A stretch of DNA of 64,000 nucleotides, from positions 3,398,192-3,462,191 of the forward strand of contig CM119267.1 of NCBI GenBank assembly GCA_051294375.1, read 5' to 3'. Under the pieces are notes generated by a model. That model had not been told where the DNA came from. It saw nothing but the letters and a program-made list of their open reading frames with translations, and searched no databases. The stretch is from Paraspadella gotoi. Taxonomy: Eukaryota > Animalia > Chaetognatha. Below are positions 38,132 through 54,561 of the stretch, piece by piece; within the stretch, counting starts at the first letter, position 1; every line of letters starts with the position of its first letter. Position numbers and translations under genes: made by a program.

Positions 38132-41100
38132 ATGACGACCAAGGGAGAATGTCTTGCCTTCGTGGAAGGATGGATAACTATCGCAGAGCCCAAAGAAGGA
38201 AAAGTCTCTCAACCAAAGCGCGTTCTAAAAATGAACCAAACCAATGAAGCCACAAATGATTCCATTCGAGAGGTGGGGGATACAAAGAAAAAATACTTCG
38301 ATGAAGTTTATTGTACCTATCGTCATTCTAAATGAATCATTTTGATCTGTTTAAGTTTCTAGCCAAAGGCTGGAAGCTCCCTCAGCCCCGTGTTATTCTG
38401 TCGATCGTCAGCGGCACCAAGGTATACGGTAATCATTACAAGGACAAGAATGTCGTTTCCGCTTTACAAGATGGGCTCATAAAAGCGATGAAGACCACGC
38501 AGGTAAACAGAAACGCGATTAATCAGAATCGAAATTTTTTTTATACCTAAATTCACCTAAACACCTTCATTCACTTGTTCCCATTTTAGAGTTGGGTTCT
38601 GACTAACGGACTAGACGGTGGTATGGCTAAAATCATTGGTGACGCCGTAGAATCAGAATTGCAGCAATTGGAGATGACCTCTCGATTTCGCTCTTCCCAT
38701 CAAGTCCAAGACGCGGCTTCGTCGACAGCGACGCCTCGTGCCTTCAATCCTGTTTTAATCGGAATCACATCAACGGCGCACCTGAAGTACGACTCCATTT
38801 CGGTGTCGCCCAATTCACAATCTCCTGAAGTTTTGGAAAACGAAGGTCATCGCCAAAGATACAACTCTTCGACGTCGAAGAAGCTGTTCGAACTCAACCC
38901 AGTCCACACGCACTTTATTCTGGTCGATGCCAAACGCCGAGACGCCGTCTCCACGGTGTGGAACGGGGTTGCGGCTCGACAAATGTGTGGCTCCTCTCGT
39001 GGAGTTCGAAGGAAAAGCGAAGTTGACAAATTAAATCCGTTAAACTTCATTGAAAATACAACGAGTTTGAGAGGCGAAGGTAAAAGATGAGAATATTTGA
39101 CAAAGGTTAACAGACTACACCCACTTGACCCACTTAACGGTTCTATTTTTAGCTCACGACGAAGTCGACCTCTCTCCGTCGACTCCGAACGAAGACGACG
39201 ACGATTGGCTTGAAAAGGAGGACGTTAGCGTTCCCTTGATCTGCGTTTTGGTCAAAGGCGGTCTGTGGAGTCTCCGCCTTGTGCGGGATCATTTGTCGCG
39301 CGGAACGCCGGTCATTGTCGTTGGCGGCTCCGGCGGCGCCTCCAGTGTCCTCGAATTGGCGATAAATCTATTCAATGCTGGTCAACAAATGTTGGGAGAA
39401 AACTCGACATTTCAGATTATTAAGTAAGCGTGGATTCGAGTAAGAAATTTCGCCCTCTTGCAATCAATCAATCAAAAAATATTTTATTTCAGGAAAGAAA
39501 TTATTGAAAAAGAGCTTTTGCTGCCTTCATCGCCTGATTTGCCTTCGATCGTTCGCCTGGCTTGGTCCTGCGTTTCCGAAGATTTCGTCTCCTCGGGTCT
39601 CATCACCGTTCTTTCTGCCCTCGACGATCTTAGGAACTTCGATCGTCATTTATTGAAATCGTTGCTTCTCGCGCAAAGACGCAAGTTTCCCGCCGACGCT
39701 GATAACCCTTCCGACGCTAAGATCCTGCTAAAAGCGTTGCGGAGAGATTTCCTTTTGACTGTCGATTGGAACCAGCCGGAAATCGCCGAGAAATACATAT
39801 TTAATGACCGAAGGTTACCACTGTTCAAGAAGGCAAGGTTGACGGAAGCGGATTCGGAAATATATCGAATGTATTTCTTTAGGTCGTGGATGTGTGAGGT
39901 CGAATGTCCGATCGGGTACTCGCAGTTGGAACACATGCTGTTAAATCCTGGTTACGAATCCTTGGTGGACCTGTGTTTGTCTCAGTCAAGTTTCAAGATT
40001 TCGCACTTTCTAACCGTTGAATCTGCTACCATGCTTTTTAAAGAATCCAACGATCGAGAGATTTTTGACACAGTTTGTTTAGCCGAGATATTAGGAATAG
40101 GTAAATATGCTTGCATTATTGTATTTAAGCATCGTTTATTGATATATTAATATAATTTGATATATCTATCAGATTTCGAGGAAATTGAAGCCGTCGAGTT
40201 CATCCCCGCGAGCTTAAACGAGCTCGTCTTTAAGCTTCTTCGGATCCAAAACTATTTATGTCCTCCATCGTCCAAAGCGAAAAGATTTACGAATTTCTCT
40301 TTGCTGAATCCCGTGTTCAGCGACCCAACCTCGGAATCCAAGGGGCTCCTCTTCTCGCCGTCGAAGTACTCGTCAGATTCGTCTTGCGAAAACCGAGATC
40401 CAGAGTCAGACGCTCGGCATTTTCTTTTCCTGTGGGCCGTCCTTATGTGCAAGCCGGGAATGGCTTTTACCTTTTGGAAACATTTAGAAGGTAAGTTAAA
40501 TCGAAAACGAAATTGTTGTCCAAATCCTAATTTAAGATCCCACTTTCAGATCCCATCCCTTCGGCATTAATTGCCGCTATTTTGTTCCGAAATATGTCTG
40601 GTTATTCAACCACAGTTTACGTCGGGGACCAACTTTTGAAAGATAGCAAATATTTCGTTCAAGTTGCGGTTGATGTGTTGAACGTAGGTTTTGAAAACGA
40701 AAGAGCTTCTGAAGAACTGAGCTACTGTTTGTTCGAGTCAAAAGGTAAGAGAAGAAACTATCATTACCCTTTGTTTCTCTGTTCTTAACTTTCTTTGTTC
40801 GCCTTTTCTTTACATTGCAATATTTCTGACAATAGCTGCTCATTGGGGAAATCGAACCGTAACTGACATTGCTTACGACGCCGAAGCTCACAACTTCTTT
40901 TCTCATCCCTGCTGTCAACGTTACCTGACCACAAAAATGTATAAATGTTTGCAAGTAAATTTTCAAACAAAGAAAATGTCATGAGATTAGAAGAAAGCCA
41001 TTCAAGTGTAATGTTTTTATTTTTTTTTATTTTTTAGATTCGCTCTGTCCATTTCGGATTCTTTACAATTCCACGCTGGCTAAAGGTCATCTTCTCCGCC

Positions 41101-43136
41101 GTCTTTATCTTTCCCACGTTCTTTTGGATTCGTTTTTCTTCCTCAACCGCCGATGGCGCTCCGGTTCCTCAGTCGAGCCGCCGCGGTTCCGCCTGCCCCG
41201 AGGCGGTCGTCGTTGGCGGCGACAAAAAGACTAGCGCTTACGTGGACGACGACGATGACATTAATATACCCGAGGTTGATGACGGCGACGGCGGCGGACT
41301 GTCTTCAGACCTCTTGTTGCGTCGGTTGTTACGTCCTCAACCTCTCTCGTTCTTAGAGCGGATGCGTTTGTTGTGGGCGGCGCCGGCGACCCGCTTATGG
41401 GTGTCCATGTTGTCTTACATGATCTTTCTTTTCCTCTTTCACGTGGCTCTTTTGATACCGGGATGTGGAGCTTATGAATTAGGTTGGTGAATCATTTTCT
41501 AACTGACTAGTGACCTTTTCTCTCTGTTGAAATTTAATATTTTTCTTTTCTTTTTCAGACTTACTCTTATTTTGTTGGACTACGGCGATATTTCTCGAAG
41601 TTTGCCGTCATATTTTATTCATGAAGTTCAATTATGATTTTTTTCCAGTTTTCGGTAAAATTGTAAACTCTTCTCGTGAGAGAGTACTATTACTATTAGT
41701 ACTAGTTCTATTACTAGTACTAAATAGGTCCTGATAATTTTTTTTACCCGAAACAGGTAACGTGATGGAAGCGGCTTTGATTCTGGCCTTTTTATTGGCT
41801 TTCCTCTTTTTCCGCATATTGCCCCCCTTCCATTCTCCCTCCAACGCCTTCGCTGGTCGCGTCGTCGTCGCCGTCGGCCTCTTGTTCTTTCACTATCGCT
41901 TCATGTTCTCTTTCCTCACCGTCTCCTCCAAGATCGGCCCTCTCGTCTTGGCGCTCAAGACTTTGGTCGGCGTTGATTTCGTCTCCTTCCTACGTCTTCT
42001 CGTCCTCGCGGCGGCGCCATCCGCCATAGCGGTTCAGGTATAATAGGAGGTTGTACGATATAATTAAAAATTAAAAATTACGATATTATATTAATTCGCC
42101 CCCTTCTCCGCCAGGCTTTGTTATTTCCCGGTTGGCCTTTCGGCGCTTCCTCGGTCTTTCACGCCGCCCGACGCGCCGTCTTTAGTCTGTTTACGATCGC
42201 GCTCGACGATCTAGGAGGTCGGACAACGTGTGAAGCAAAAAATTACGACTTCAATTCGTCCGAAAGCTCTTGCTTTGTTCGTCAAAATTACGATACAAAA
42301 GATAAATGGACTTGTCCAGAGGAAGGATTTTGGCCCTGGTTTTTTTGGACACAATACCTCGTGCTTCAAAAGGTTCATTAAACTTTTAAAGATTTCAACG
42401 CTCGTCTTGATTACTTTTTGAACTGACCTTGACAACGAAAACCTTTACCCAACAGGTTGTGCTGATGACTCTGCTTTACGCTCTTTTCAGTACCACTTTG
42501 GTCAAAATCAAGAGCGAGTCTCATTCTCTGTGGTTATTTCGCCGCTACCAAGTAATTTGCAAGTACGAGGCGTCGCCACCGCTGCCTCCGCCCTTTTCTC
42601 CCGTCTGCTACCTTTACAATATTATCGGTTGGCTAATCGCTCAACTGAGTCGATGCTGCACATCCCGTTGTTCGCCGTGGTGTCGCAAACGTTGCTGCGC
42701 CGACTGCAGCAGATGTTGCCGCCGGTGCGAGCGAATTTCCCTTGTCGATCTTCGCGATCCAGATCGGTCGTCGAGTAGCGATTACGAACGGCGTTTTTGG
42801 GCCAAGACCCGTGGTCGTTACGTCGGTATGAAAAACGAGAGAGAAAAGAAACTGGACGACAAAAACAAGTTCTTGTGGAGTCTGAAGAACTCCGTCGACT
42901 CCAACTTGCTTTTGGCGAAGACCGCATCGACGGGAAATTCCGACATCGAATTGAAGCTTCTTTTGGAGAAAGTGGAATTCGGAAAGAAGACGATTGCGCA
43001 GTTGGAGGATGCGTTGCTCGAAAGAGAAAGGCATAATCGTGATTTGGAGAAAAAAATGGATTGTCTGCTGAATGAACTTAATAACATTAAAAGATCCGTC
43101 CTCCGTCCTCGGGAAGACCCAACTGTTGAGAGTTAA
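38132..43136 (+). CDS. TRPM-related channel, probably TRPS (soromelastatin / ced-11-like), multi-exon; 5' end uncertain
   Basis: SLOG domain motifs (WKLPQPRVILSI, WVLTNG, LNPVHTHFILVD, GTPVIVVGGSGG), DWNQPEIA, LFLWAVL, ALLIPGCG, QYLVLQKVVLMTLLYALFS, TRP-box-like WLFRRY, LPPPF, coiled coil. Confidence 0.8.
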
Positions 43137-43265
43137 AATGCAATCATATATCTTTGACGCCGGGCCGTTGCCTTTTTTATCTGGTTGTGATTATTTTTTT
43201 TTATTCCTTTTGAGTATTCTATTATACTTATGTTTATTTTATTAGTTAATTGTAAATATCTCAAA

Positions 43266-43845
43266 ATGAATCCTTACGATGCCAATTCGTATGGAAACTC
43301 TGAAGATGTCGAAGCGACCTGGGCCATGCAGGCTATGGATCATGCCGAATGTCACATGAGTCTTCTTCTAACAGGTTTTGTAACTTAATCTTTATATTTA
43401 AATGTATATTTAAATTTGTAAAAACAACATTTTTTTTTTAATTAGGCGCAAATCCAAAATATTTACGTCTTTCACCTTTCGATGACTATATTTACAAGGA
43501 TTTCAGGGCCACTTTTCCAAATGTAAGGTTTTTCAACAATTTTTCTTTATTTCTGATGAATGAAACAAAATTACTCTAATTCAACAGCTGAAGATTGACG
43601 AAATTAACGAAGAGGATCTCAAGTCGGAAACTGCAAAAGTGGAGTGGCGAACCTTCTGTCAAAAATATGAGAAACTCGTTGACAATTACAATCTTGGAGT
43701 TCTTTTGCGCCAAGATTGCAAGGGAGAATATAGCGAGGCTAATACTGTCTTTGCAATCAGAATTCAGTGGCTCGCCATTGAAATTGCGCGGAACCGCGAA
43801 GGACTTAACAATGGACTCACAGAACTCTTTCCGTTTCAACCATAA
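43266..43845 (+). CDS. PBDC1: Polysaccharide biosynthesis domain-containing protein 1, 3 exons
   Basis: EATWAMQAMDHAE, LRLSPFDDYIYKDFRATFP, WRTFC..DNYNLGVLLR, RIQWLAIEIARNREGLN. Confidence 0.92.
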
Positions 43846-44295
43846 ACTTGCAAAAACGGAGGGAGAAAAAAATTATATGAGCAAATTGTTTAGCTTTTTT
43901 GTTTTGTTACTTGCTGTTGATGAACGTTTTTTTAACATACTGATACTATCAAGTTATTCCTTGAGCTTTTGTTAAAATAAATTAGCAGAACCGTATTAAA
44001 CGGGTATATTATAATAATATATATGTATACCAGACCTAAATTAAATTGTTGATAATTTTTTTCAATAAGATCAAGAAATCGATTTCACTCTTAGAAAATA
44101 ATGAAAAAAGTTAAGATAATCCTGTTTTGATTCATTTTAATCTCACTTTACTACACTTTACTTTACTCTTCGCGTTACTGTTAGTTATATTTGTGAAGAA
44201 CCAAAAACTCTGCGGTTTAAGAGTCGCCGTTGTAGTGAGTTTTAATTTGCCCATTCAAAAAATCGAGATCTTTAACTCACGGGACGGGTCGCACC

Positions 44296-47200
44296 ATGCC
44301 GGCGGTGAAGGGCGACGGGATGCGCGGCTTGGCCGTCTTCATCTCCGACATCCGCAATTGCAAGAGCAAAGAGGCCGAGGTGAAGCGCATTAACAAAGAA
44401 TTGGCCAACATCCGCTCCAAGTTCAAGGGCGACAAAACCCTCGATGGGTACCAAAAGAAAAAGTACGTTTGCAAGTTGCTCTTCATTTTCTTGCTTGGCC
44501 ACGACATCGACTTCGGCCACATGGAAGCCGTCAATCTGCTCTCCTCCAACAAGTATTCCGAAAAGCAGATCGGATATTTGTTTATCAGCGTGTTGGTCAA
44601 TTGGAATTCGGATCTCGTCAAACTGATTATCCAGGTAGCGATAAAATTGGGGGTGAGTGAGGAAAGTTGGAAGTGATTCGAGGATAAATGCGAGACACAC
44701 ACAATGTGGGGGGGGGTTTCGATAATAATCATAATTCCATTCAGAATTGAAGAGTGTTTGAGTAAGTGGCTAATCTCCGAAAACGGCAACCCTTCAACAC
44801 AGAGCATCAAGAACGACTTGGCATCCCGCAATCCCGTCCACGTTTGCCTGGCTCTGCAGTGCATCGCCAATATTGGATCCCGCGAGATGGCGGAAGCCTT
44901 TGGGGCCGAAATTCCCAAGGTCCTTGTCTCTGGAGACACCATTGACTCGGTCAAACAGTCCGCCGCCTTGTGTTTGCTCCGACTTTTCAGGACCTCAGTC
45001 GACGTTCTTCCAACGGGTGGGTCTCTCATGAAAAGTTTTCGTTAAAAACGCATTCGAAAACGCGGGAATCTTGAATAATTATTAATTAATTGCTTTTCAA
45101 TATCGTTTAATTTAAAGGCGAATGGACTTCCCGCATCATTCATCTTCTGAACGATCAGCATATGGGCGTCGTCACTGCCGCTGTCTCGCTCATCGATGCC
45201 CTGTCGAAGAAGGCGCCCGACGAGTACAAAGGTTGCGTCCCTTTGGCTGTTTCCCGGCTCTCGCGCATTGTCACGTCATCTTACACTGGTAATATTTAAT
45301 TTAGAGCCGAAGTTTTAGTTTCACGAATATAATTTTTTTTTCTTCATTCGACAGACCTCCAAGATTACACCTACTACTTTGTTCCCGCCCCGTGGTTGTC
45401 GGTTAAATTACTCCGCATCCTTCAGAACTACCCACCCCCGGAGGACCCCAGCGTCCGCGCGCGTCTGAACGAGTGTCTCGAGACTATTTTGAACAAAGCT
45501 CAGGAGCCGCCAAAGTCCAAAAAGGTTTGAAAATTAAATTTTTAATAAGGGAAAAGCTCTCTTGACAAATTCAATCGTTCAGGTTCAACATTCCAACGCT
45601 AAAAACGCTGTACTCTTCGAGTCGATTTCTTTGATCATCCACATGGATTCGGAACCAAATTTATTAGTTCGTGCTTGTAATCAACTCGGTCAGTTTTTAC
45701 AGCACCGAGAGACCAACTTGAGGTACGCCGTTGAATTTACACTCGGTCATCAACATCGTCGTATCCGTTTTTGGCCTCTCCTTCAGGTATTTGGCACTAG
45801 AAACTATGTGTCTGTTAGCTGTGTCGGAATTTTCGCACGAGGCGGTCAAGAAGCATCAAGAAACGGTTATCAACGCCCTCAAGACCGAACGCGACGTCAG
45901 CGTACGGCAAAGAGCCGTCGATCTGTTGTATGCGATGTAAGTGCGATTCGAAAATATTCCTTGGTGTGGAGACGTGAACTACGAATCCAACGTGTTTTGC
46001 AGGTGCGACAAGACCAACGCCGAGGAGATCGTTTCCGAAATGCTTTCATATCTGGAGACGGCGGATTACGCTATTCGAGAGGAGATGGTGTTGAAAGTTG
46101 CGATTCTCGCGGAAAAATACGCGATCGACTACACGTGGTAAGGATTAGAGCTTCAAAACGTTGGCCTATCTGTTCCAGCATTAAATGGAATCTTACATCT
46201 TAAATGTAATAACAAATTTTTCATACGCGCATGAATATAAATAAACCCCGTTACAGGTACGTCGATATCATCCTAAATCTGATTCGAATCGCGGGCGATT
46301 ACGTCAGTGAGGAAGTCTGGTACCGAGTCATTCAAATCGTCATCAACCGGGACGACGTTCAAGGTCAGTTCTTGCGGAGCACTTTTCGGTCGGTCCGTCT
46401 ATCCGTCCGTCGGTTTGTCCTTAAGGTTTTAATTGCTTATTTGAATTATGCCGCGAAATTTTAATTAATACATATTGCGTCCAGATAGTCACATAACCAC
46501 GTACAAATACGGTTACGTGATCAGGGAATTAATGCGGCTAACACAAGCCGTGAGATGTCTATGTTTCAAACTTGTATATATTCATATGGAAATGAGCAGT
46601 TGAGCACCCTTTTAGAATGTCAGTGGTTCAACACCTTGAACTTTGCCGATTTAGCAATTATACGCTTTCTCTTCCAAAACAGGATACGCAGCAAAAACAG
46701 TCTTTGAAGCTCTGCAAGCTCCCGCCTGCCACGAAAACATGGTTAAAGTTGGAGGATACATTCTGGGAGAGTTTGGAAATTTAATCGCAGGTAAAAAACA
46801 ATGGGATTGATTTCCGACCGTAATAAAAAATTCCTTATTCGCATCTCTTTTTTTTTTTTCAGGCGATCCACGTTCCGCCCCAAACGTTCAGTTTCAACTT
46901 CTACATGCCAAATTTCATTTGTGTTCTCCGGCGACGCGAGGTCTACTAATGTCGACTTATGTCAAGTTTATAAATCTTTTTCCTGAGGTTAAGAATACTA
47001 TTCAAGATGTTCTTAAGGTTGGTAAAGTTCTGACCCTGTAAGCTTCTAATTTAAGAAATGTTGAAGGCGATGCTGCGAGCAGCTCACCATCTGTCATTTA
47101 CATAATTTTTACAGTCGGACTCGAATCTCCGCAACCCGGACATAGAATTACAGCAACGAGCCGTCGAGTATCTGCAGCTGACATCAATCGCCTCGACCGA

Positions 47201-48995
47201 CGTTCTGGCGACGGTCTTGGAGGAGATGCCTCCCTTTCCCGAGCGCGAGTCTTCAATACTGGCCAAGTTGAAAAAGAAAAAGCCCGGGTCGCTATCAGTC
47301 GACGAAGGAGCCGACGGCGGGGAGGACGAGGTGAATGGTTTGGGCGAACTAGACTTAATTTAAAACCATAGAGGGAGTGCTCCTTTTATCCAATTGAATC
47401 AATTAAAAATATATTATATCACTTCATTGATAGACTGTGTGTGAGTCTTGATTAAAAGCTTGATGGTTATTGCTATGCAGAGGATTTAGCCTGCCGTCCA
47501 ATTCTTCTCTTCCTCTTCTTCTTCTTTCCTCCTCCTCCTGCCCCTCAGTATATTATGTCTAGCGATACATTCTCTCGTTTCTACTCTTCGCGAAATATAC
47601 CATTATTTTTCCCTCGATTTCTTCACGCCTTCAATACCCCTCAATCTATGTCATTTTTTTGTGAGAAGAATCGCTTTTTTACCAATTTAATTTAGAACTA
47701 ACATTTTTCGTTTTCCAGAGCAAGAAAAAAAAGAGCACAACTAAGCTGACGGCCGTGCTGTCTGAGGGCGCTCCGCCCGCTAGTCCGCCCGCCGCCGCCG
47801 CGGCGCCTCCCCCTGCGGTCGACCTGCTTGGTCTCAGCTCGGAGCCAGCGGCTCCGCCGCCCAACACAGGTAAAAACACTTAAAGGGAGATTGCCGTCAC
47901 CGTCGAAGCCCCTGCCACCGGTCTTTACTTTTAATTGATCTCTCCAGGTTCGGTGCTAGTCCAACTCTTCGGCGGTGGAGCAGCCGATGTTGTCGCCAAC
48001 GGGAACGACCTCAACGGTTCCACTCCCAGTCCCGACCTGGGAATCGACGGCGGTATCCCGGCCCAAGCCGAGGAGAACTTCCTCAAGTTGGTCAGCAAAA
48101 ACAGCGGCGTCCTCTTCGAAAACGACGTCATTCAGATCGGCTGCAAATGCGAATATCGTCAAAACCTCGGGAGGATCGCCCTATTTTTCGGCAACAAGAC
48201 CTCCGCGCAGCTGCAAGGGTTTTCCACCAACACGGTCGCCAACGGTCTCGACGGAAAACTCCAGCTACAGTTGAAAGGATCGGACAACGTAGTTGAGGGG
48301 GGAGCGCAAGTACGTATTGTAATTCACTAAAATAACCGGCTTCGATCATCACTTTTCCAAGCGACGTATTGATTCATTAAGCATTATTTTGAAATACATT
48401 TATTGCTCGTATTTTTTAGGTTCAACAAATGGTGAACGTGGAATGCGTGTCCGACTTTGACGTGACTCCCCTGCTCCATGTCAAATTCACTTGCGACGGG
48501 AAACCGCAGAAAATCGCGCTCAAACTTCCCATCACCATCAACAAGTTTTTCGAAGGCGCGGAAATGGATTCCACTGCATTTTTTGCAAGATGGAGGAATT
48601 TAAGCGCCCCAGGACAAGAAGCGCAAAAGATTTTTAAAGTGAGATTTTAATTCTCGTAAACATCACACTTTTTACTGATGCTTTACCTTGATCCTTTCCA
48701 AGATCTAAAACGTCGATCTGATTTTGATTTTCCGACTTTTCAGGCGAGTGGAACGATGGACAACGATCAGATCAAATCGAAGCTGCAAGGTTTCGGAATC
48801 GGGATCTTGGACGAGGTGGATCCCAATCCTGAAAATTTCTGCGGGGCTGGAGTTATCCACTCCAAATCTCAACAAATGGGATGCCTCATGCGTTTGGAAC
48901 CGAATCGCCAGGCTTCCATGTTCAGGCTGACCGTCAGAACCAACAAAGAAATGCTCTCATCGCAATTGGCCTCTCTTCTGGAGGCCCAGTTGTAG
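44296..48995 (+). CDS. AP2A: AP-2 complex subunit alpha (alpha-adaptin), multi-exon
   Basis: [43 protein letters not shown]; appendage domain [22 protein letters not shown]. Confidence 0.98.
47370..47462 (+). repeat. Degenerate copy of the intronic repeat family in an AP2A intron
   Basis: agggagtgctccttttatccaattgaa...cacttcattgatag...gagtcttgattaaaagcttg resembles 29810-29930. Confidence 0.7.
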
Positions 48996-51150
48996 GTCTC
49001 CTTTTCTCGGGGTTTTTTATTACGCAGTTAAAATTTTATTTTTCATCCCGCCCCTAATTTTTCTTAAAGAAATTGAAATTATCGGTAAAAAACGAGTAAA
49101 ACCGTTTATGGACTCAACCCCAGCTACTGCCATTGGAATAACTATACCTATATAGCGCCCTAATACTTTCTACCCAATTCACCCTCTCCTCCGCTCGGTC
49201 AAGTTTGGGCAAGTTTTTTTTTTTCTTCAAATATTTGGCATCTTATTTTTTACTGCTAGGATTTCTCATATCCGGAGACTGGTGACCGAATTCCCGACTG
49301 ACAATATGATATCTTAACCATGATTGCGCTCGATCCAAGCGCTCACTTTATTCGTTTCTTTAAAGGTGGACCACTAACGAACCTGAACCCCGAACCTGGT
49401 AGTACAAATTCGTTATATAGAAAATTATTAAATAGCGGATTTTTTGGGGTTTTTCTTGAACAATTACTATATTAGTGTAAATAAGCGGCGAGTTTGTATG
49501 CCAAAGTTGAGGGTAGTCTCTTGGATTTTATCCTGGAGTACGAACCCCGGACCTGATGAACGTTTATTTTTCGTGGCTTTGATACGGAGACTCCAGTCTT
49601 CTAGTCCAGTTATCATATTATCTTATGTTATATAATATTATATTATATATATTATATTATATATTATATCCAGTTACCAGGCGTTGGAGCTCGTGACACG
49701 GCCACAACGTTCATCTAAGTTGAGGGTAAGGCGTTGGTTGGATCTCTCTCAAGCTCGTTGAAACTTGTCACTTCCCTTTTTATAGACGGTACATTTTTCC
49801 TTATTTTTTGCCTTAATTTTTACATTTTAATAACTATTTTTAATAAATTGTTTATGTATACATAATCGATTTTGATTTCCACCGGTGAAATGCGTTCGTG
49901 GAATTTAATGGACCCGTTTTAGCTTTTCTTGAACTGTTTTGTTTAAGGCAACGTTGATGAAAAGTTTTAGTAAAGCGTAGCAAAAAATTATGAAGAAAGA
50001 TTTCAACATTCTCAAATCAGATTTGCAGCAAGCTTCTGTGTCAAATCATTTTCTTCCGTTTTGACAGAGCAACGTATTCTTTATACAAACGTTTCAAAGA
50101 CTAAATCTCAGTTAAATTATCTTCGGTTATTGTGGTGAAATTTTCTCGGAGGGCCCAGTATTAAGTAAAAATATGTGGATAATCATTCGCACATTATCTT
50201 GTTTCAATTTGTGGTTTTGCTCATTCTATAGCTATAATCATTTCAAATTCTTGTTTAAATCATTAACTCCAAGTGATCGTGTTACTTCGTGGCTCTTTCT
50301 CTTTTTCCCGCGGTTGGTGTCTTGAACCCAAGAATTGATCGCTTTGTTCTATGCATGTTTTTTTTTTATTATTTGTTATGATTTTGACAACGAACAATAT
50401 TTTTGAAATACAGTTTTAGGTAAGGTTGGCAATGCGATCAGAATTGTGGGTAGAGCCACACAACTTTTAGGCTTGTTCTTTGAACCCCGAACCTGCATCA
50501 ACGGGTAGTGTCATCTAAGTTCGTAGAAAAGTAAATAAATATAATAATAATTAAACATTTAAATGCATAGTATATACATGAGTAATAAAAATTTTATCCA
50601 TATCCTTTTTTTGCAAAGTTGTGGGTAGAAGAGCAAGACGATTGGGAACATTAGCACTCTAATCCGCATCGTCTCGAAAATCGCAAACTCAATACTTCCT
50701 CTTTCATTGTACAAGAATGTCTTTATCTTGTGATACTATTAAGATCTTTGCCTAGTCCTTTGTTTAAATTATCAGCTAATTTTTATTTTACAAATTTAAT
50801 CGAATTTAAAGAAAACATCGACTGGACCTAAACCTTTCACAGGATCGCAGTTTCCGAATCTGATTACATTGAATAAATTAAGTGTGGCAATTTATTTCCA
50901 AAAAAATGTATCCCTAACCAGAGTAGATGTTTTTACTAGTCTCACCAGCTGTAACTTTTTATTATCTATTTACTAGTGCATAATGAATCAATGATGAATT
51001 TATTTTCGCATTTAAAGATTTTTAAGAATCGAGTGATATAGGTCAAATTATACTATTGTTTTTTAAAGAATGACAATATGTGCAGTTTAGGGCATTGACA
51101 GTTTTTTTTATGCGATGATAATTCTTCATTACAGACCCAAAGGTTTTAAA

Positions 51151-51884
51151 ATGAATATTACTGTGGTTCACGGTTTTTCTAAAATCTCTTTTGAAATCGA
51201 TACGTCCAGCGATCTCACCGTGAGCGACGTCATGGACCAATTAGAACAGAAAACTGGAGTTCCGAGGAACGGGCAGAAACTCATATTTAAGGTGCTCGAG
51301 AAAACTTAAGTGCCCAGTTTTTGTAAAAGCGACGGTAATTATCCCCGAATCGCAAAATGATATATCATAGCCCACGACGATTCTCACGATGTGCGTCCTT
51401 GATTCAGGGAAAAACGCTGAGCCCACCCCAAAGGGTTGATTCCTTAGGATTAAAAGAGGGATCCAAGTTGATGCTTATCGGAAAAAAGTTCTGCCCCGAA
51501 GAAGACGCGACCTTCAAAAGCTTCAACGAACGGGCCTCGCAAAACGAGAGCCTTAGAAAGAACCTCGACGACGTGGCCGCGGAGCTGAAGAGCCTTTCGG
51601 AAGGATTCCTCAGCCAGGATCTCGTCCCCGCCCGTTTGTCGCAGTTGAGGAAAAGAGCGGCTGGAGTCGGAGAACAAGGGATGAGACTGCTCGAGTCGAT
51701 CGACGCTATCCAATTGGAAAATGAGGAGCTCAAAGTCGGAGATTCCTCCACTGGTCCGTCGATTAAGTCGGAATTGAAACAAAAGAGAAAAGTCACGGTC
51801 GACGCCGTGCAAAGACTAGTCGACGACGCCGATAAACTCGTCGCCGAAATAGATCAATTGATATCGCAACAAGATTCCTCGTGA
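51151..51884 (+). CDS. BAG1: BAG family molecular chaperone regulator 1 (ubiquitin-like + BAG domain), 2 exons
   Basis: TGVPRNGQKLIFK|GKTL, GSKLMLIGKK, GFL, EQGMRLLESIDAI, KQKRKVTVDAVQ. Confidence 0.88.
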
Positions 51885-52057
51885 TCCTTTTTTTTTTAAT
51901 ATCATTTGAGACTCGAAGTTGATGATACGCTTTACAATTTTGATCGTTGCTAGTATTTTTTTAAGTCGTTCTTTTGCTTATTCAGAAAACGGAGAATTTT
52001 TATTTTCCACGATGAGATTGACCGATAAACTGAAAGGGCATTAAGTCGGATTCCACG

Positions 52058-54561
<2,504 letters not shown>

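Noticed and set aside
39833-39882. GC-AG intron in the TRPS gene
   Set aside because: The GC donor gives a frameshift; the GT donor at 39838 keeps the frame.
41680-41722. Overlapping actagt/agtact palindromes in a TRPS intron
   Set aside because: Short low-complexity slippage tract.
49500-49730. Spliced-leader RNA gene (AAGTTGAGG|GTA resembles the end of nematode SL1)
   Set aside because: The match is short, the upstream leader is not conserved between copies, and no convincing Sm site follows.
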